Assembly: GCA_963783375.1 (NCBI GenBank) | Contig: CAWANH010000028.1 | Coordinates: 1,389,670-1,453,669, forward strand | Direction: 5' to 3' | Origin: Candidatus Eiseniibacteriota bacterium | Lineage (GTDB): Bacteria; Eisenbacteria; RBG-16-71-46; JABDJR01 | Length of the DNA stretch: 64,000 nt | Part shown: in pieces, positions 35,731 through 45,502 of the stretch | How the letters are laid out: each line of letters begins with the position of its first letter | Position numbering within the stretch: the stretch's first letter is position 1 | Position numbers and translations under genes: made by a program | The notes under the pieces: generated by a model | Database searches by the model: none | What the model saw: only the letters and a program-made list of their open reading frames with translations | What the model was told of the DNA's origin: nothing

Positions 35731-36611
35731 ATGAAGGCGCTTGTCGTGTTGAACCGGGCGGCCGGGCAGGAAGCCCACCAATCGGTGCGGGTGGCGCTCG
35801 GCCGGCGGTTCGGGGCCTCCCCGATCCGGTACGTGGTCCACGAGACCGTGAAGGACGAGAAGACCGGTGAGATCGTGCGGGCCCGCCTGGGGGATGGCTT
35901 CGATCTGGTCGTGGCCGCGGGGGGGACGGGACGGTTTCCGACGTCATCGATGGACTGGTGGGAACCACGGTCCCGCTCGGAATCATCCCGACCGGGACCG
36001 GGAACCTGATTGCCCGCGAGCTCGGTATTCCAACCGACGTCGACGATGCGGTCGCCCTCATCACCGCCCCCCACCGGTCGAGAAGCATCGACGCGATGCG
36101 GATCGGCGAGCGTGTGTTCATCCTGAACGTCAGTGTCGGGGTCAGCGCATCCGTCATCGGAGGCACGACGCCCAAGTACAAGAGCCGCTTCGGCCGCGTC
36201 GCCTATACCTGGACCGTCATTTCGAAGCTCTTCACGTTGAGGCCTCGGCGCCTCACCGTCGCGGTAGACGGTACCGCCCATGAGTATCACGCGTTCGAGG
36301 TGGCGGTCATGAACTGCGGGATCCTCGCCAAGATGCTGTATCCGAAGGGGCCCGAGATCAGCATCGACGACGGTCGTCTGGACGTTCTGGTCCTCGGGAT
36401 CAGGACCATTCGCGACTATCCCCGCTACGTTCTCGGTGTCGTCTCGGGCCGGAGGCCGGACATCGTGTCGCGTTTCCTCACCGCGGAAAGAAGCGTCACC
36501 ATCCGGAGCGCCCAGCCGGTGCCGGTGCAGGCCGACGGGGACATGATCGGTAGCAGCCCGATCGAGATCGAACTATTGAGGGGTGCGGTCAGCGTGCTCG
36601 TACCGCTTTGA
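35731..36611 (+). pseudogene. DAGK/YegS/sphingosine-kinase-like lipid kinase with a -1 frameshift in a G7 run
   Basis: N-terminal ORF MKALVVLNRAAGQ...VVAAGG in frame +1. The rest, DGTVSDVIDGLVGTTVPLGIIPTGTGN..., reads in frame 0. The break is at G7 (35913-35919); a G8 would restore a canonical VVAAGGDGT motif. Either a sequencing error or a real frameshift. Confidence 0.65.
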
Positions 36612-36724
36612 AAGCGGGCGCGGGTGCCCTCCGACCCGCGCCCGGCACTTCCCTTGCACCGCCCGGCCGCGCCGTCACGTGATTTCCGGCACCCTCATGG
36701 CCGCGACGTGAACGGCCTTGTCGC

Positions 36725-37084
36725 CTAGGACGGCTTGCCCTTCAGGGCGAGAATCGTCGGGGCCACCAGGCCGATGAGGACGCCGGCCCCGACTGCGATC
36801 CCCAGGGCCATGAGCGGGTGGCTCACAACCCGGCTACGGAAAGCCGTGGTCGCGAGCCTGTCGTGCGCCCTCGCCGTCCGGATCGTGATCCGTCCGGTTT
36901 CCTTGACCGCGGCCGCTCCGGAGTCGGCCACCTGGCGTGCATCCTTGGCCATTCTGACGAAGTCGCTCTGCAGCCGTCCGAAATCCATGCCGAGTGTCTG
37001 CATGTTGCTCGGGGGTTGTGTTGCGCTGGTGGGTCCGCCGTCGGTCCCCGGCTCGCTCGTGGTCAAAGTACTCGCCTTCGGCAA
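36725..37084 (-). CDS. DUF883/ElaB-YqjD-like membrane-anchored stress protein
   Basis: Helical N-region with a single C-terminal TM segment PLMALGIAVGAGVLIGLV. The start may be the internal MQTLG. Confidence 0.5.
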   Translation of the reverse strand: MPKASTLTTSEPGTDGGPTSATQPPSNMQTLGMDFGRLQSDFVRMAKDARQVADSGAAAVKETGRITIRTARAHDRLATTAFRSRVVSHPLMALGIAVGAGVLIGLVAPTILALKGKPS

Positions 37085-37213
37085 GGAGTGCCTCTTCGTT
37101 CCGCGCGTTCATGGGCCGAGCACGCTGTCTACCGTCTCCTGGGGCACCCGCGACTGCCCCCCGCTCCCTCGACGCAGCCCTCTCCGCGTCGGCGGTGACC
37201 GACGAACGGCCGC

Positions 37214-38242
37214 CTACGGCTTGACCGGGTTTTCAAGGACGATTTCGACTCGCCGGTTGTTGGCCCGCCCCTCGCTGGTGGCGTTGCTGGCAATCGGGTG
37301 TTCCTCGCCCATTCCGTTCGCCTGCACGCGACCCGACGGATAGCCCTTGTGAATGAAGTAGTTGCGAACGGCGTCCGCGCGCCGCTGCGACAGCTCTTGA
37401 TTGTATTGATCGGACCCCTGGGAATCGGTGTAGCCCTCTACCACGATGTTGCGATCGGGGATCGAGACCAGGGCGGCGACGACCTGATCGAGCTTCGACT
37501 CAGCGCCGGGCATGAGCCGGGCCTCACCCGAGCGGAAGAGCACGGTTCCCGAAAGGGTGATGATCATCCCGCGGGCCTCTTCCCTGACCGCGGCGAGCTT
37601 TGCGAGCGCGGCCTGGGCATCGGCCGCCTGCTTCTCGGCCTGGGCCCGGGCGCTCTGCTCCGCTTCGAGTTGAGCCTGAGTCGCCTGGCCGCTCTGTTCC
37701 GAGAGCGCCAACGCGGTCCGGGTCTGGTTCAGATCCTGCGCCACCCCTTGGGTCCGCATGCGTTCCGCCGCGGCCTTGTCATCCGCGACCGCCCGGGCCC
37801 TCTTCTCGGCCGCGAGTTGCGTCGCCGTCTCCTGGCGGTTCTGCTCCGACGCCGCGAGTGCGGTCTGCGTCCGGTTCAGGTCTTCGGTCTTCTCCTGGAG
37901 AAGATTCCCTTGAGTGGCCTGATAGGCCTTGTCCGCCTGCGCCGTGCGCGCCTGCTCGATGGCGATGGATGCCTGCGCCTCGGCGATCTCGGCCTTCCGC
38001 TGGGCTACATAAGCGAGGTCGCGGGTACGGTACGACTTGGCGTCCTTGGAGAAGGATGCCTCGGCCTGGGCCAGCGCCTTCTCCGCGGTGTGCAGGTCCG
38101 CGGGGGCCATCTGGGCCGCCGGTCCCTCGCTGGCATGAGCGTAAGCCAGGCGCGCACTGGTGAGTTCGCTGGGGACGGTGGCGGCACAGCCGAAGAAGGA
38201 GGCTGCACACGCGATGGCGATCAATGCTCCGGTGATTCTCAT
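37214..38242 (-). CDS. OmpA family lipoprotein with a coiled-coil linker
   Basis: Lipobox AASFFGC. Long Ala/Gln/Glu coiled coil. C-terminal OmpA domain (ITLSGTVLFRSGEARL...NRRVEIVL). Confidence 0.8.
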   Translation of the reverse strand: MRITGALIAIACAASFFGCAATVPSELTSARLAYAHASEGPAAQMAPADLHTAEKALAQAEASFSKDAKSYRTRDLAYVAQRKAEIAEAQASIAIEQARTAQADKAYQATQGNLLQEKTEDLNRTQTALAASEQNRQETATQLAAEKRARAVADDKAAAERMRTQGVAQDLNQTRTALALSEQSGQATQAQLEAEQSARAQAEKQAADAQAALAKLAAVREEARGMIITLSGTVLFRSGEARLMPGAESKLDQVVAALVSIPDRNIVVEGYTDSQGSDQYNQELSQRRADAVRNYFIHKGYPSGRVQANGMGEEHPIASNATSEGRANNRRVEIVLENPVKP

Positions 38243-38262
38243 GAGATGCCCCTTCCGGGTGG

Positions 38263-38616
38263 TCATCGGTTATCGTTCTGAAGCTGGCGCACCCGCGCCA
38301 TGGCCTCGGCGGCCGCCGTCTGCTCGGTCTGCTCCTTGGAGAGCAGGGCGGCCAGTTCCGCGTCAGCCTCGGCCCGCAGCAGCATCGAGTCAGCCTTGTC
38401 CTTGTCGCCCTTGTCCGCCAGGCTCTTGGCCTGAGCCAGCTCTTCCCTTGCAAGCTGCAAGTGGAGTGCGGCCTGGGGAACGTCCTTGGCTCCGACCGCC
38501 TCCGCCGTGCTTATGGCCGACGTGGACGACTCGGTTTGCAGGGGAGGATCACTGCCCGCGCAGCCGGCGGCGACGAATGCGAAGAGAAGAGCTCCGTACG
38601 TCAATCTGAATCTCAT
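38263..38616 (-). CDS. DUF4398-like lipoprotein
   Basis: Lipobox VAAGCAG and a helical body. Overlaps the OmpA-family start by 4 nt, a typical pairing. Confidence 0.6.
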   Translation of the reverse strand: MRFRLTYGALLFAFVAAGCAGSDPPLQTESSTSAISTAEAVGAKDVPQAALHLQLAREELAQAKSLADKGDKDKADSMLLRAEADAELAALLSKEQTEQTAAAEAMARVRQLQNDNR

Positions 38617-38648
38617 TCGGATTTCCTTCCTTACCGCCCATGGTGGCG

Positions 38649-39305
38649 TCAGAAGTTGTAGCCCAGCGCCAGCGTGGTGGTGAAACCGTTCAACTCGAAT
38701 CCGTTCAGGGTGTATTCGGTATCGTTCAGCTTGATCTTCTGATCGCCGAACGACGGGTTGGCCCAGACGTAACGCCCTTCAACTCCCACGAAGAATGCGG
38801 GGCTTACGTTGACGTTGAGACCGACTCCGGTATGAAGCCCGAAGGTCGTGCTTCCGTTGAACGTGTTGAGATTGTTGCTGACATCGACCTTCGTGAAATA
38901 GGCGCCGATGCCCAGCTCACCGTAGGGGTCGACCGGTCCCGCCGGCATGAAGGCCTTGGCCGAAACCAGGACCGGAACCACGTCGAAGTCGACCTGATCA
39001 CTGGTTGCGAGCGGGCCCGTTCCCGCGACGGAGCCCGTACCCCGGAAGTATCCGATGCCCAGCTCGAGGGCGAAGGTGGGAAGGAAGAAGTGCCCGATGG
39101 CGAGTTCCCCGTCCACGCCGGTTCTGGTATTGCTGTCGAAGGTGGTCTCGACGTTGACATTCGAGAGATTGAAGGACTTGCTGGGCGAGTAGATGCCGCC
39201 TTTGAGGGCAACATAGCTGCCGAGCCGGCCGGCCTCGGAAGCCCGGGGCGCAAGACCGATCACGCTGAAGATGATCAACAAGGCCAAAGAGGATTTCGTC
39301 CTCAT
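38649..39305 (-). CDS. outer-membrane beta-barrel (OmpW/OmpA-like porin) protein
   Basis: Signal peptide MRTKSSLALLIIFSVIGLAPRASEA. Alternating amphipathic beta-strands and a C-terminal aromatic LALGYNF. Confidence 0.65.
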   Translation of the reverse strand: MRTKSSLALLIIFSVIGLAPRASEAGRLGSYVALKGGIYSPSKSFNLSNVNVETTFDSNTRTGVDGELAIGHFFLPTFALELGIGYFRGTGSVAGTGPLATSDQVDFDVVPVLVSAKAFMPAGPVDPYGELGIGAYFTKVDVSNNLNTFNGSTTFGLHTGVGLNVNVSPAFFVGVEGRYVWANPSFGDQKIKLNDTEYTLNGFELNGFTTTLALGYNF

Positions 39306-39927
39306 GGTCGCTCCTTTTGAGGCAACGCGTGAGTTGCGTCGCCGGGGGCTCCATTCAGGAGCCCTTCGCGGGGGGGATGCCGTGAGGTCAGCGCCGCCTG
39401 TTCTCAATCGCAGGCTTGGCGTGCCGCGCTCCATTCTCCCCGCACGCAGCATTCGTTGAGCAATTCGCGTGCCGGGTGGGAGACCGCATAAGAATCAATA
39501 CGGCAACCACTTGGAAACGAGGGGGTCCGGCTTGGTCCATCAAAACGATGGGGTGAGCATCATTGTGATGCGGGTCGGGATGCCGCGGTGGGGCGGAAAC
39601 CTGATCCCGAACGGCACGAACAACGGGTGGTCCGGCGGTCGACCGGGGGCCTGGTCGCGGGCAGTTCGGCGATGGCAAAGCCGGTTCACTCCTTGAGGTT
39701 GACCCTCATCCGGCGTCGTCGGGATGCTTCAGGCGTCCGGGGTTGGGGGTTGCGTTCCAACGAGTGGATTACGGGGCAAGGCCGTCCCGGCACACTGGTT
39801 GCAGTACCGGATGGTGATCCAATCACGAAGGGCGCCGGTTCAAGGAGGACCGGGGCGCCCCGCCCGAAAGCATGCCGGGGTCGCTCCCGGACAAGGCTTC
39901 GGCCCAACCAAGAAATTGGAGCATCTC

Positions 39928-40329
39928 ATGAGAATGTACCAAAGGGTCACGTTGGCCTTCATTACCGCCGGGGTGGTTGCGGTCGGCGCCGCAGGGTCCT
40001 GCCTTGCGGGAGAGCCGCAACGCAACGTCGTCGGCGACCAGGAGATCCAGGCCACGATCGACCAGCAAGTCGGCCAGGCCGACGCCGACCGGCTGGCGAT
40101 TCAGGTCCTGTTGCAACGGGAGGATGTCAGCCGGATCGCCGGGTCGGCCGGATTGGATCTGGAGCGGGCCAGCGCCGCCGCCGCCGGCCTGTCGGGACCC
40201 GACCTGGAAAGGCTGGCGGCTCAGGCCAGAGGGATCAATGAAGGGTTTGCGGGCGGAGACGGCACCGTCGTGCTTTCCACGACCGCGATCATCATCATTC
40301 TGCTGATTCTGATTCTTCTCCTGAACTGA
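39928..40329 (+). CDS. small exported protein with a C-terminal poly-Ile/Leu tail
   Basis: Signal peptide MRMYQRVTLAFITAGVVAVGAAGSCLAG. Ends in GGDGTVVLSTTAIIIILLILILLLN, a C-terminal sorting-signal-like hydrophobic tail with no basic cluster. Confidence 0.45.
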   Translation: MRMYQRVTLAFITAGVVAVGAAGSCLAGEPQRNVVGDQEIQATIDQQVGQADADRLAIQVLLQREDVSRIAGSAGLDLERASAAAAGLSGPDLERLAAQARGINEGFAGGDGTVVLSTTAIIIILLILILLLN

Positions 40330-40340
40330 ACTCTTCGATC

Positions 40341-41087
40341 GTGAAATCGTGGCGGACAGCCGGCGTTTGCGTGGCGACGGCCGCTCTGGCCTGGCTCACT
40401 CCCGCCAGCGCCGAAGCGAAGTCGGTTCGGAAGAGCGCTCCGGAGACGGTGGAGCTTCTCGACGTACCGTACGTCCCCCAGAGCGGAGAGCTGTGTGGCG
40501 GAGCGGCACTCGCCATGGTTCTGCGCTACTGGGGGAAATCCGGCGTCCTGGCGGAGGATTTCGCCCCGCTTGCGGAGCCGGGAGCGGGCGGTATCCGTAC
40601 CGGCGCACTGGTGAGGTGGGTCGAGGCCCATGGGTGGTCCGCGCTCCGCTTGCCGGGAGCCCCGGCGGAGGTCGAGAGTCATCTTGCCCGGGGCCGCCCG
40701 GTCATCGCTCTGATCCGGACCGGTTCGGGCTCCTACCACTACGTGGTACTCGTGGCCTGGGCCAACGGGTGGGTGATCCTCCATGACCCCAACGTGGGGC
40801 CGTTCCGAACCGTTCGGGAAGGGGAGTTCGAGACCGCCTGGTCGGGAAGCGACGACTGGGCACTCCTGGTCCTGCCGCCTCCCGCGCCTCGGGAGCCGGT
40901 CCTGCCGGATTCCGGAGGCGCCGACCTCCCTCCCCGCGTCATCCCCGATGGATGCGGCGCCTTGGTGGACGCGGGGGTCCTCTTGGCCCGGGAAGGAGAC
41001 ATCGCGGAAGCGGAGCTCAAGCTTCGTGGCGGCTCAGTCCCTTTGCCCCGAGTCCGCCGTCCCCGCTTCGGGAACGGGCAGGGTTGA
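40341..41087 (+). CDS. peptidase C39-like (papain-fold) domain protein with a signal peptide
   Basis: GTG start and a signal peptide. VPYVPQSGELCGGAALAMVLRYWG matches the Peptidase_C39_2 Gln/Cys region. The C-terminal 20 aa look like out-of-frame read-through. Confidence 0.6.
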   Translation: MKSWRTAGVCVATAALAWLTPASAEAKSVRKSAPETVELLDVPYVPQSGELCGGAALAMVLRYWGKSGVLAEDFAPLAEPGAGGIRTGALVRWVEAHGWSALRLPGAPAEVESHLARGRPVIALIRTGSGSYHYVVLVAWANGWVILHDPNVGPFRTVREGEFETAWSGSDDWALLVLPPPAPREPVLPDSGGADLPPRVIPDGCGALVDAGVLLAREGDIAEAELKLRGGSVPLPRVRRPRFGNGQG

Positions 41088-42417
41088 GATTTCGTGCCGA
41101 GGACTGGGAGGGGGCGGCCGGCTCGCGGAGGAGGCGCTGGCTCTGGATCCGGGCGATGCCCACTCCTGGCGGCTTCTGGCCGGAAGCCGCTTCCTGGCCG
41201 GGGACGTGGAAGGGGCGCTCACGGCCTGGAATCACCTGTCCGAACCCAGGATCGACCTGACCCACATCGACGGCCTGAATCGCATCCGCTACTCCGCGGT
41301 GGCCGGCCAGCTCGCCTTGCCTCCCGGGCGGCTCCTCACGCCTCAGGCCTTCCTCCAGGCGCGCCGTCGTCTGGCCGAATTGCCCTCCCAGTCCGATTTC
41401 CGGCTGAGCTTGCGGCCCTTGCCGGACGGAAGGGCTCAAGTGGATGTGTCCGTGCTGGAGCGCCCTCCGCTGTTCGGCGGTTTCTGGGACGCCGGAAACC
41501 TGGGCATCCGGGCGCTCCTGGACCGGGAGATCACCCTCGACGTCGTGAGCCCCACCGGGAACGGGGAACTATGGAATGCCGGATGGCGGTGGCAGAGGCA
41601 ACGGCCGCGCGTCGCCCTGGACCTGGCGGTGCCGGGGGCCGGAGGCCGGCCCGGAATCTGGCATGTGGCCGGATTCTGGGAACGACAGACCTATGCCTAT
41701 CCGGGGTTCGCCGGCTCGGGTGGCGCGACTCGTTCCCGGTCGATCCAGGAAGAGCGCCGGCGCACCGCCCTGTCCATTTCCGATTGGATCGGCCCGAATT
41801 TCCGGCTCGAGGTCGGGAGCGCCCTGGACGAGTGGGTGGGTCGGGGATCCCATCTTTCACTGGAGGGTAGCGTCGAGACCCGATGGGCACGAGACCGCCT
41901 GGCATTGGGGGCAAGGGGAGCAAGGTGGATGAGCCTCGCGGACGGCGCCCCGTTCGGCGCCGGCGGCCTCTCGCTCACCTGGTGCTCGGATGGTCTCGAG
42001 AGGCGCGAGGGGTGGCAGGGCGGTCTGGAAGTATCCGCCGCTACCCGGGAGGCTCCACTGGCTCTCTGGTCCGGAGCCGGAACCGGGTCCGGGCGTACCC
42101 CGCTCCTCAGGGCTCACCCGCTGCTGAACGGGGGGGTTCTGGAAGGGCGGGTGTTCGGGCGGGCGCTTGCTCACGGGACGATCGAGAGGCAGGTGTGGTC
42201 GCACAGCCTCGGTCCCTTCCGTCTCGGCTGGGCGGTCTTCGTCGACGGGGCCAAGCCATGGGACCTGGGGCGCCCGGGCCGGGTCCCGTGGCAGGTGGAC
42301 GGCGGAACGGGGCTCCGGGTTCACGGTCCGGGAATGAAGGGGAAACTCAGGGTCGACGCCGCCCGCGGGCTTCTCGACGGGAGCTCGGCGGTATCCGTCG
42401 GTTGGAGCATTCCCTGA
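41026..42417 (+). CDS. TPR plus POTRA plus beta-barrel (Omp85/TpsB-like) protein, probably the 3' part of the C39 gene across a frameshift
   Basis: Frame +1 encodes TPR-like LAEEALALDPGDAHSWRLLAGSRFLAGDVEGALTAWN. It then encodes a POTRA-like segment (IDGLNRIRYSAVAGQLALPPGRLLTPQAFLQARRRLAELPSQSDFRLSLRPLPDGRAQVDVSVLE) and a beta-rich C-terminus. This frame has no signal peptide or RBS of its own. Deleting one nucleotide near 41023-41028 joins it to the C39 ORF. Confidence 0.5.
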   Translation: MAAQSLCPESAVPASGTGRVEISCRGLGGGGRLAEEALALDPGDAHSWRLLAGSRFLAGDVEGALTAWNHLSEPRIDLTHIDGLNRIRYSAVAGQLALPPGRLLTPQAFLQARRRLAELPSQSDFRLSLRPLPDGRAQVDVSVLERPPLFGGFWDAGNLGIRALLDREITLDVVSPTGNGELWNAGWRWQRQRPRVALDLAVPGAGGRPGIWHVAGFWERQTYAYPGFAGSGGATRSRSIQEERRRTALSISDWIGPNFRLEVGSALDEWVGRGSHLSLEGSVETRWARDRLALGARGARWMSLADGAPFGAGGLSLTWCSDGLERREGWQGGLEVSAATREAPLALWSGAGTGSGRTPLLRAHPLLNGGVLEGRVFGRALAHGTIERQVWSHSLGPFRLGWAVFVDGAKPWDLGRPGRVPWQVDGGTGLRVHGPGMKGKLRVDAARGLLDGSSAVSVGWSIP

Positions 42418-42503
42418 GCGGGGGCACCCTTCTCGATCTCGCCCAGAGCCTTCACGGGGCTGGCGACAATGCTGCTCCGCACACCTCCTGACCAGAGTCT
42501 CTC

Positions 42504-43667
42504 CTATCGCAGAAGTACAACTCTCCCCCGGGCAAGCGCCACGCCGCGGCGGGAGGCCTCGAGGAAGTAGACACCCTCCGCGAGACGCCGCCCCACACTG
42601 TCCCGTCCGTCCCAGGCAATCCCGTGGTCCATGTCAACGCCGGCAATCGCTAGCCGACGAACGAAGTGGCCAACCGAGTCGTACACCACCAGCGCATCCA
42701 GGTTGCCATTCACGCCGGACACTCGAATCAGCGTGTGTCCGCGGAACGGATTGGGCCGGGCAGTCATCAGCATCGGCTGGGTAGGAGGTGCCAGATCCGC
42801 ACCCAGCGTGGGAAGGGACAAGTCGGTCATCACCCAGATGCCACCGGGACCCGCAAACGCGATCGCCGTTCCATCCGGGGACCAGCATGGCTCCCGGGCG
42901 AGGTCCTCGCTCGAGGCCTTGATTTGGACGGGATCTCCTCCGGACGCAGGAATGGTCCAGAGGGTGTAGCGCTCATTGAGTCCGGGCTGGTGGAATCGAA
43001 TCGCATAGAGGATCCATGACCCGTCCGGGGACCAGTCCGGATCGCGAACTGTGTAGCGATTGTCGGGATGAGAGTAGAGCCCGGTTGGGGCGGCGCTGCC
43101 GTCGGCGGGGACCGTAAACAGAGTGCCGCTGCTGGTGTTGTTCACAAAGGCGATCTTCGAGCCATCCGGTGACCAGGACGGTGCCGTCGACTGGTTGCCG
43201 ATTCCCTCGATCGGGACACGCGCGGCATAGCCACCGGGGGTGGCGGGGCAGACGAATACGCGGGAGTTGACCGTGAATGCGAGCTGATCGCCGAGCGGCG
43301 ACCAACTCAAGTAGTTCGTGTTGCCCCCGAGGCCGGTTCGCAGCGTGTCCCCGGCCTCTACTCCCGGGCAGATCACTGTCCCGCCCGGGGACTCGAAGGC
43401 AACGCTGCTGCCGCCGGGGGACCAGGTGGGGAACCACGCGATCGAGCCAGCGAGATCATAGGTGACCTCCACCGGCGCTCCGCCGGAGCTGGGGACGATC
43501 ATGATGTGATAGCCACGCGTATAGACGATTCGATTGGATCCGTCCCGTGACCACTGAGGGTCATAGCCGCTGTCGAAGGTGATCTGGGTAAACGTGGCGG
43601 CGGTGGCGGGGCCGCTGACGAAACCGAGTGCGGCAAAGAGGAGAAAGAAGAAGGGCAAAGCACGCAT
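42504..43667 (-). CDS. TolB-like WD40/PD40 beta-propeller protein with a T9SS/FlgD-Ig-type C-terminal sorting domain
   Basis: Signal peptide and repeated WSPDGS PD40 motifs. C-terminal PNPFRGHTLIRVSGVNGNLDALVVYDSVGHFVRRLA...GVYFLEA sorting domain. Confidence 0.75.
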   Translation of the reverse strand: MRALPFFFLLFAALGFVSGPATAATFTQITFDSGYDPQWSRDGSNRIVYTRGYHIMIVPSSGGAPVEVTYDLAGSIAWFPTWSPGGSSVAFESPGGTVICPGVEAGDTLRTGLGGNTNYLSWSPLGDQLAFTVNSRVFVCPATPGGYAARVPIEGIGNQSTAPSWSPDGSKIAFVNNTSSGTLFTVPADGSAAPTGLYSHPDNRYTVRDPDWSPDGSWILYAIRFHQPGLNERYTLWTIPASGGDPVQIKASSEDLAREPCWSPDGTAIAFAGPGGIWVMTDLSLPTLGADLAPPTQPMLMTARPNPFRGHTLIRVSGVNGNLDALVVYDSVGHFVRRLAIAGVDMDHGIAWDGRDSVGRRLAEGVYFLEASRRGVALARGRVVLLR

Positions 43668-44287
43668 CCAGACCTCCTCGAATCAACGCGATCTTGGGAT
43701 CGCAACCCCGAGAGTGCGGAACCGCCAAGAATTTATCATATCAAAGATGCGCAGGGGCACGATTGGAGACGTTCGAGCCTCGCGGGTCCGGATACCGAGA
43801 TCTCTTCGGGCGGTCAAGACCGGGGCGATTGAGCCCAATTCCCTCCGGGGATGGCGCACCGGCGGGTTCCCGTCCAGAAGGGCCTCACTCCCGGCAATTC
43901 CGCGACTCCGGAGCTGCCAAGTTACTGGCCAGCCCCGAGTTCAGGCCCTATGGGAGCATCTTGAGGAGAGAGAGTATTTCCCAGACAGTTGGAATCCTGG
44001 CACCCGATCCTCAATCTCCAGACCTCCCGCCATCAGCCGACCGAGCCAGGGGTACCCTCCAATCAGCTTCGGCTAGCGAGCCCGCTTTCCCCGTCAAGAA
44101 ACTGTCGAGCTTCAAACTGCTCCCTGGGCCAGCCTCGGCCCCGGTGAACGCCATGATGACGTGGAGGGTCGAAGACCGGATGCACGATCAGAATGCGAAT
44201 CCCGTTGCGAAGCAGCCTTCCTCTGACTCGTCTTACACCAACTCCATGCGACGAGGTCGGCCGTCTCGGTGAGGCCATCGTGCGATT

Positions 44288-44785
44288 GTGCCGATGCCTG
44301 CGGAGACCGCGGGAGCGACGAACCTCGACCCCCTGAAGATCGACTCTCGCCCCTGTACGAGATGCAAGCGCCGGATCGGTTGCGACGATGACCACCGTCC
44401 GGAGTGGGCCAATCAGAGGCTCTCGGAACTCCAGCACGAGAAGGCGGCACTGGAGCCCCAGGAGCCGGCCTTGAAGAAGCCGCCGAAACTAACGGCCGGA
44501 GACGTGACCGAGTACACCCGGAACCTGTCCGGGCTGCTGGGCCACGCTAACCAACGGGAAAGAAAGGAGTTGGTGGGTATGATCGTGGAGAAAATCAAAC
44601 TGGCCCCGGAGCGTCGGGAGGTAGAACTCGTCTACCGCGCTCCGGAGCCAGTCATGAATAGGTTGGTAGCGGGGGTGCGTTACGGGGCCCGACAGAGGAA
44701 TCTCGGAGGCGAATTCGAGGTCATCGAGCTGGCGTTCGAGCCCCGGGGGAACACGTTGGTCCTGGTGGGGGCGGCCGGCGGGTAG
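44288..44785 (+). pseudogene. C-terminal fragment of a large serine recombinase (zinc-ribbon plus coiled-coil tail); the catalytic domain is absent
   Basis: CTRCKRRIGC partial zinc ribbon. Then a coiled coil and a tail (ERKELVGMIVEKIKLAPERREVELVYRAP) typical of large serine recombinase C-termini. No resolvase catalytic domain is found upstream in any frame. Confidence 0.35.
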
Positions 44786-44799
44786 GAGAGCGGGTTCGC

Positions 44800-44870
44800 C
44801 GGGACGTCCTTGACGTCTCGCGATGGCCCGGATAGAATCACCAGCAGATTCGCATAACCGCTGGTATTTC
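44800..44870 (+). promoter_or_regulatory. inverted and direct repeats upstream of abiEi (candidate autoregulatory operator)
   Basis: GACGTCcttGACGTC (44802-16). Inverted repeat ACCAGC...GCTGGT (44840-45 / 44860-65), flanked by the GATAGAAT / ATTTCTATTC arms. Confidence 0.35.
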
Positions 44871-44875
44871 TATTC

Positions 44876-45502
44876 ATGAAGACAGAACATAACTCAAATC
44901 AGGACAGCACGTTTGCCAGGGCGGTGGCCGTCTTCCGCGACCACGGAGGGGTGCTCAGGACAATGGAGGCGGTCCGGCTCGGCGTCCACCCGCGAACGCT
45001 CTATGCCATGCGGGATGCCGGGGTGCTGGAGCAACTCGGGCGGGGGCTCTACCGGCTGGCGAACCTGCCGCCACTCGGGAACCCCGACCTGGTGGCGGTA
45101 GGCCTCCGCGTTCCGGAGGGGGTCCTCTGCCTGATCTCGGCGCTGGCGGTTCACGAGATCACGACCCAGATCCCTCATGAGGTCCATCTGGCTCTCAAGC
45201 GTGGCGCCGAACCACCACGGCTGGATCACCCCCCGGTTCGGGTGTTCTGGTTCTCGGGAAAGGCTTTCACGGAAGGGATCGAAACCCACGAGCTGGACGG
45301 GATCGAAATCCGCGTCTACGGGGCGGCGAAGACCGTGGCGGACTGCTTCAAGTACAGAAACAAGCTCGGACTGGATGTGGCCCTCGAGGCGCTGGGACTC
45401 TACCTGCGAGAGAAGCACGGACCCCCCGACGATCTCGTGCACTTCGCTCGCGTATGTCGTGTCGAAAAGGTGATGCGCCCCTACATCGAGGCCCTCCTGT
45501 GA
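44876..45502 (+). CDS. abiEi: AbiEi-family antitoxin / transcriptional regulator (type IV TA)
   Basis: AbiEi_4-like N-terminal winged-HTH (VAVFRDHGGVLRTMEAVRLGVHPRTLYAMRDAGVLEQLGRGLYRL). Its stop overlaps the GTG start of the downstream nucleotidyltransferase gene. Confidence 0.7.
   Translation: MKTEHNSNQDSTFARAVAVFRDHGGVLRTMEAVRLGVHPRTLYAMRDAGVLEQLGRGLYRLANLPPLGNPDLVAVGLRVPEGVLCLISALAVHEITTQIPHEVHLALKRGAEPPRLDHPPVRVFWFSGKAFTEGIETHELDGIEIRVYGAAKTVADCFKYRNKLGLDVALEALGLYLREKHGPPDDLVHFARVCRVEKVMRPYIEALL

Noticed and set aside
43579-44272. Plus-strand ORFs upstream of the recombinase tail that might be its missing catalytic domain
   Set aside because: Their translations lack any resolvase/invertase catalytic motif (no S-R-Y-E core). 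The sequence composition looks non-coding.
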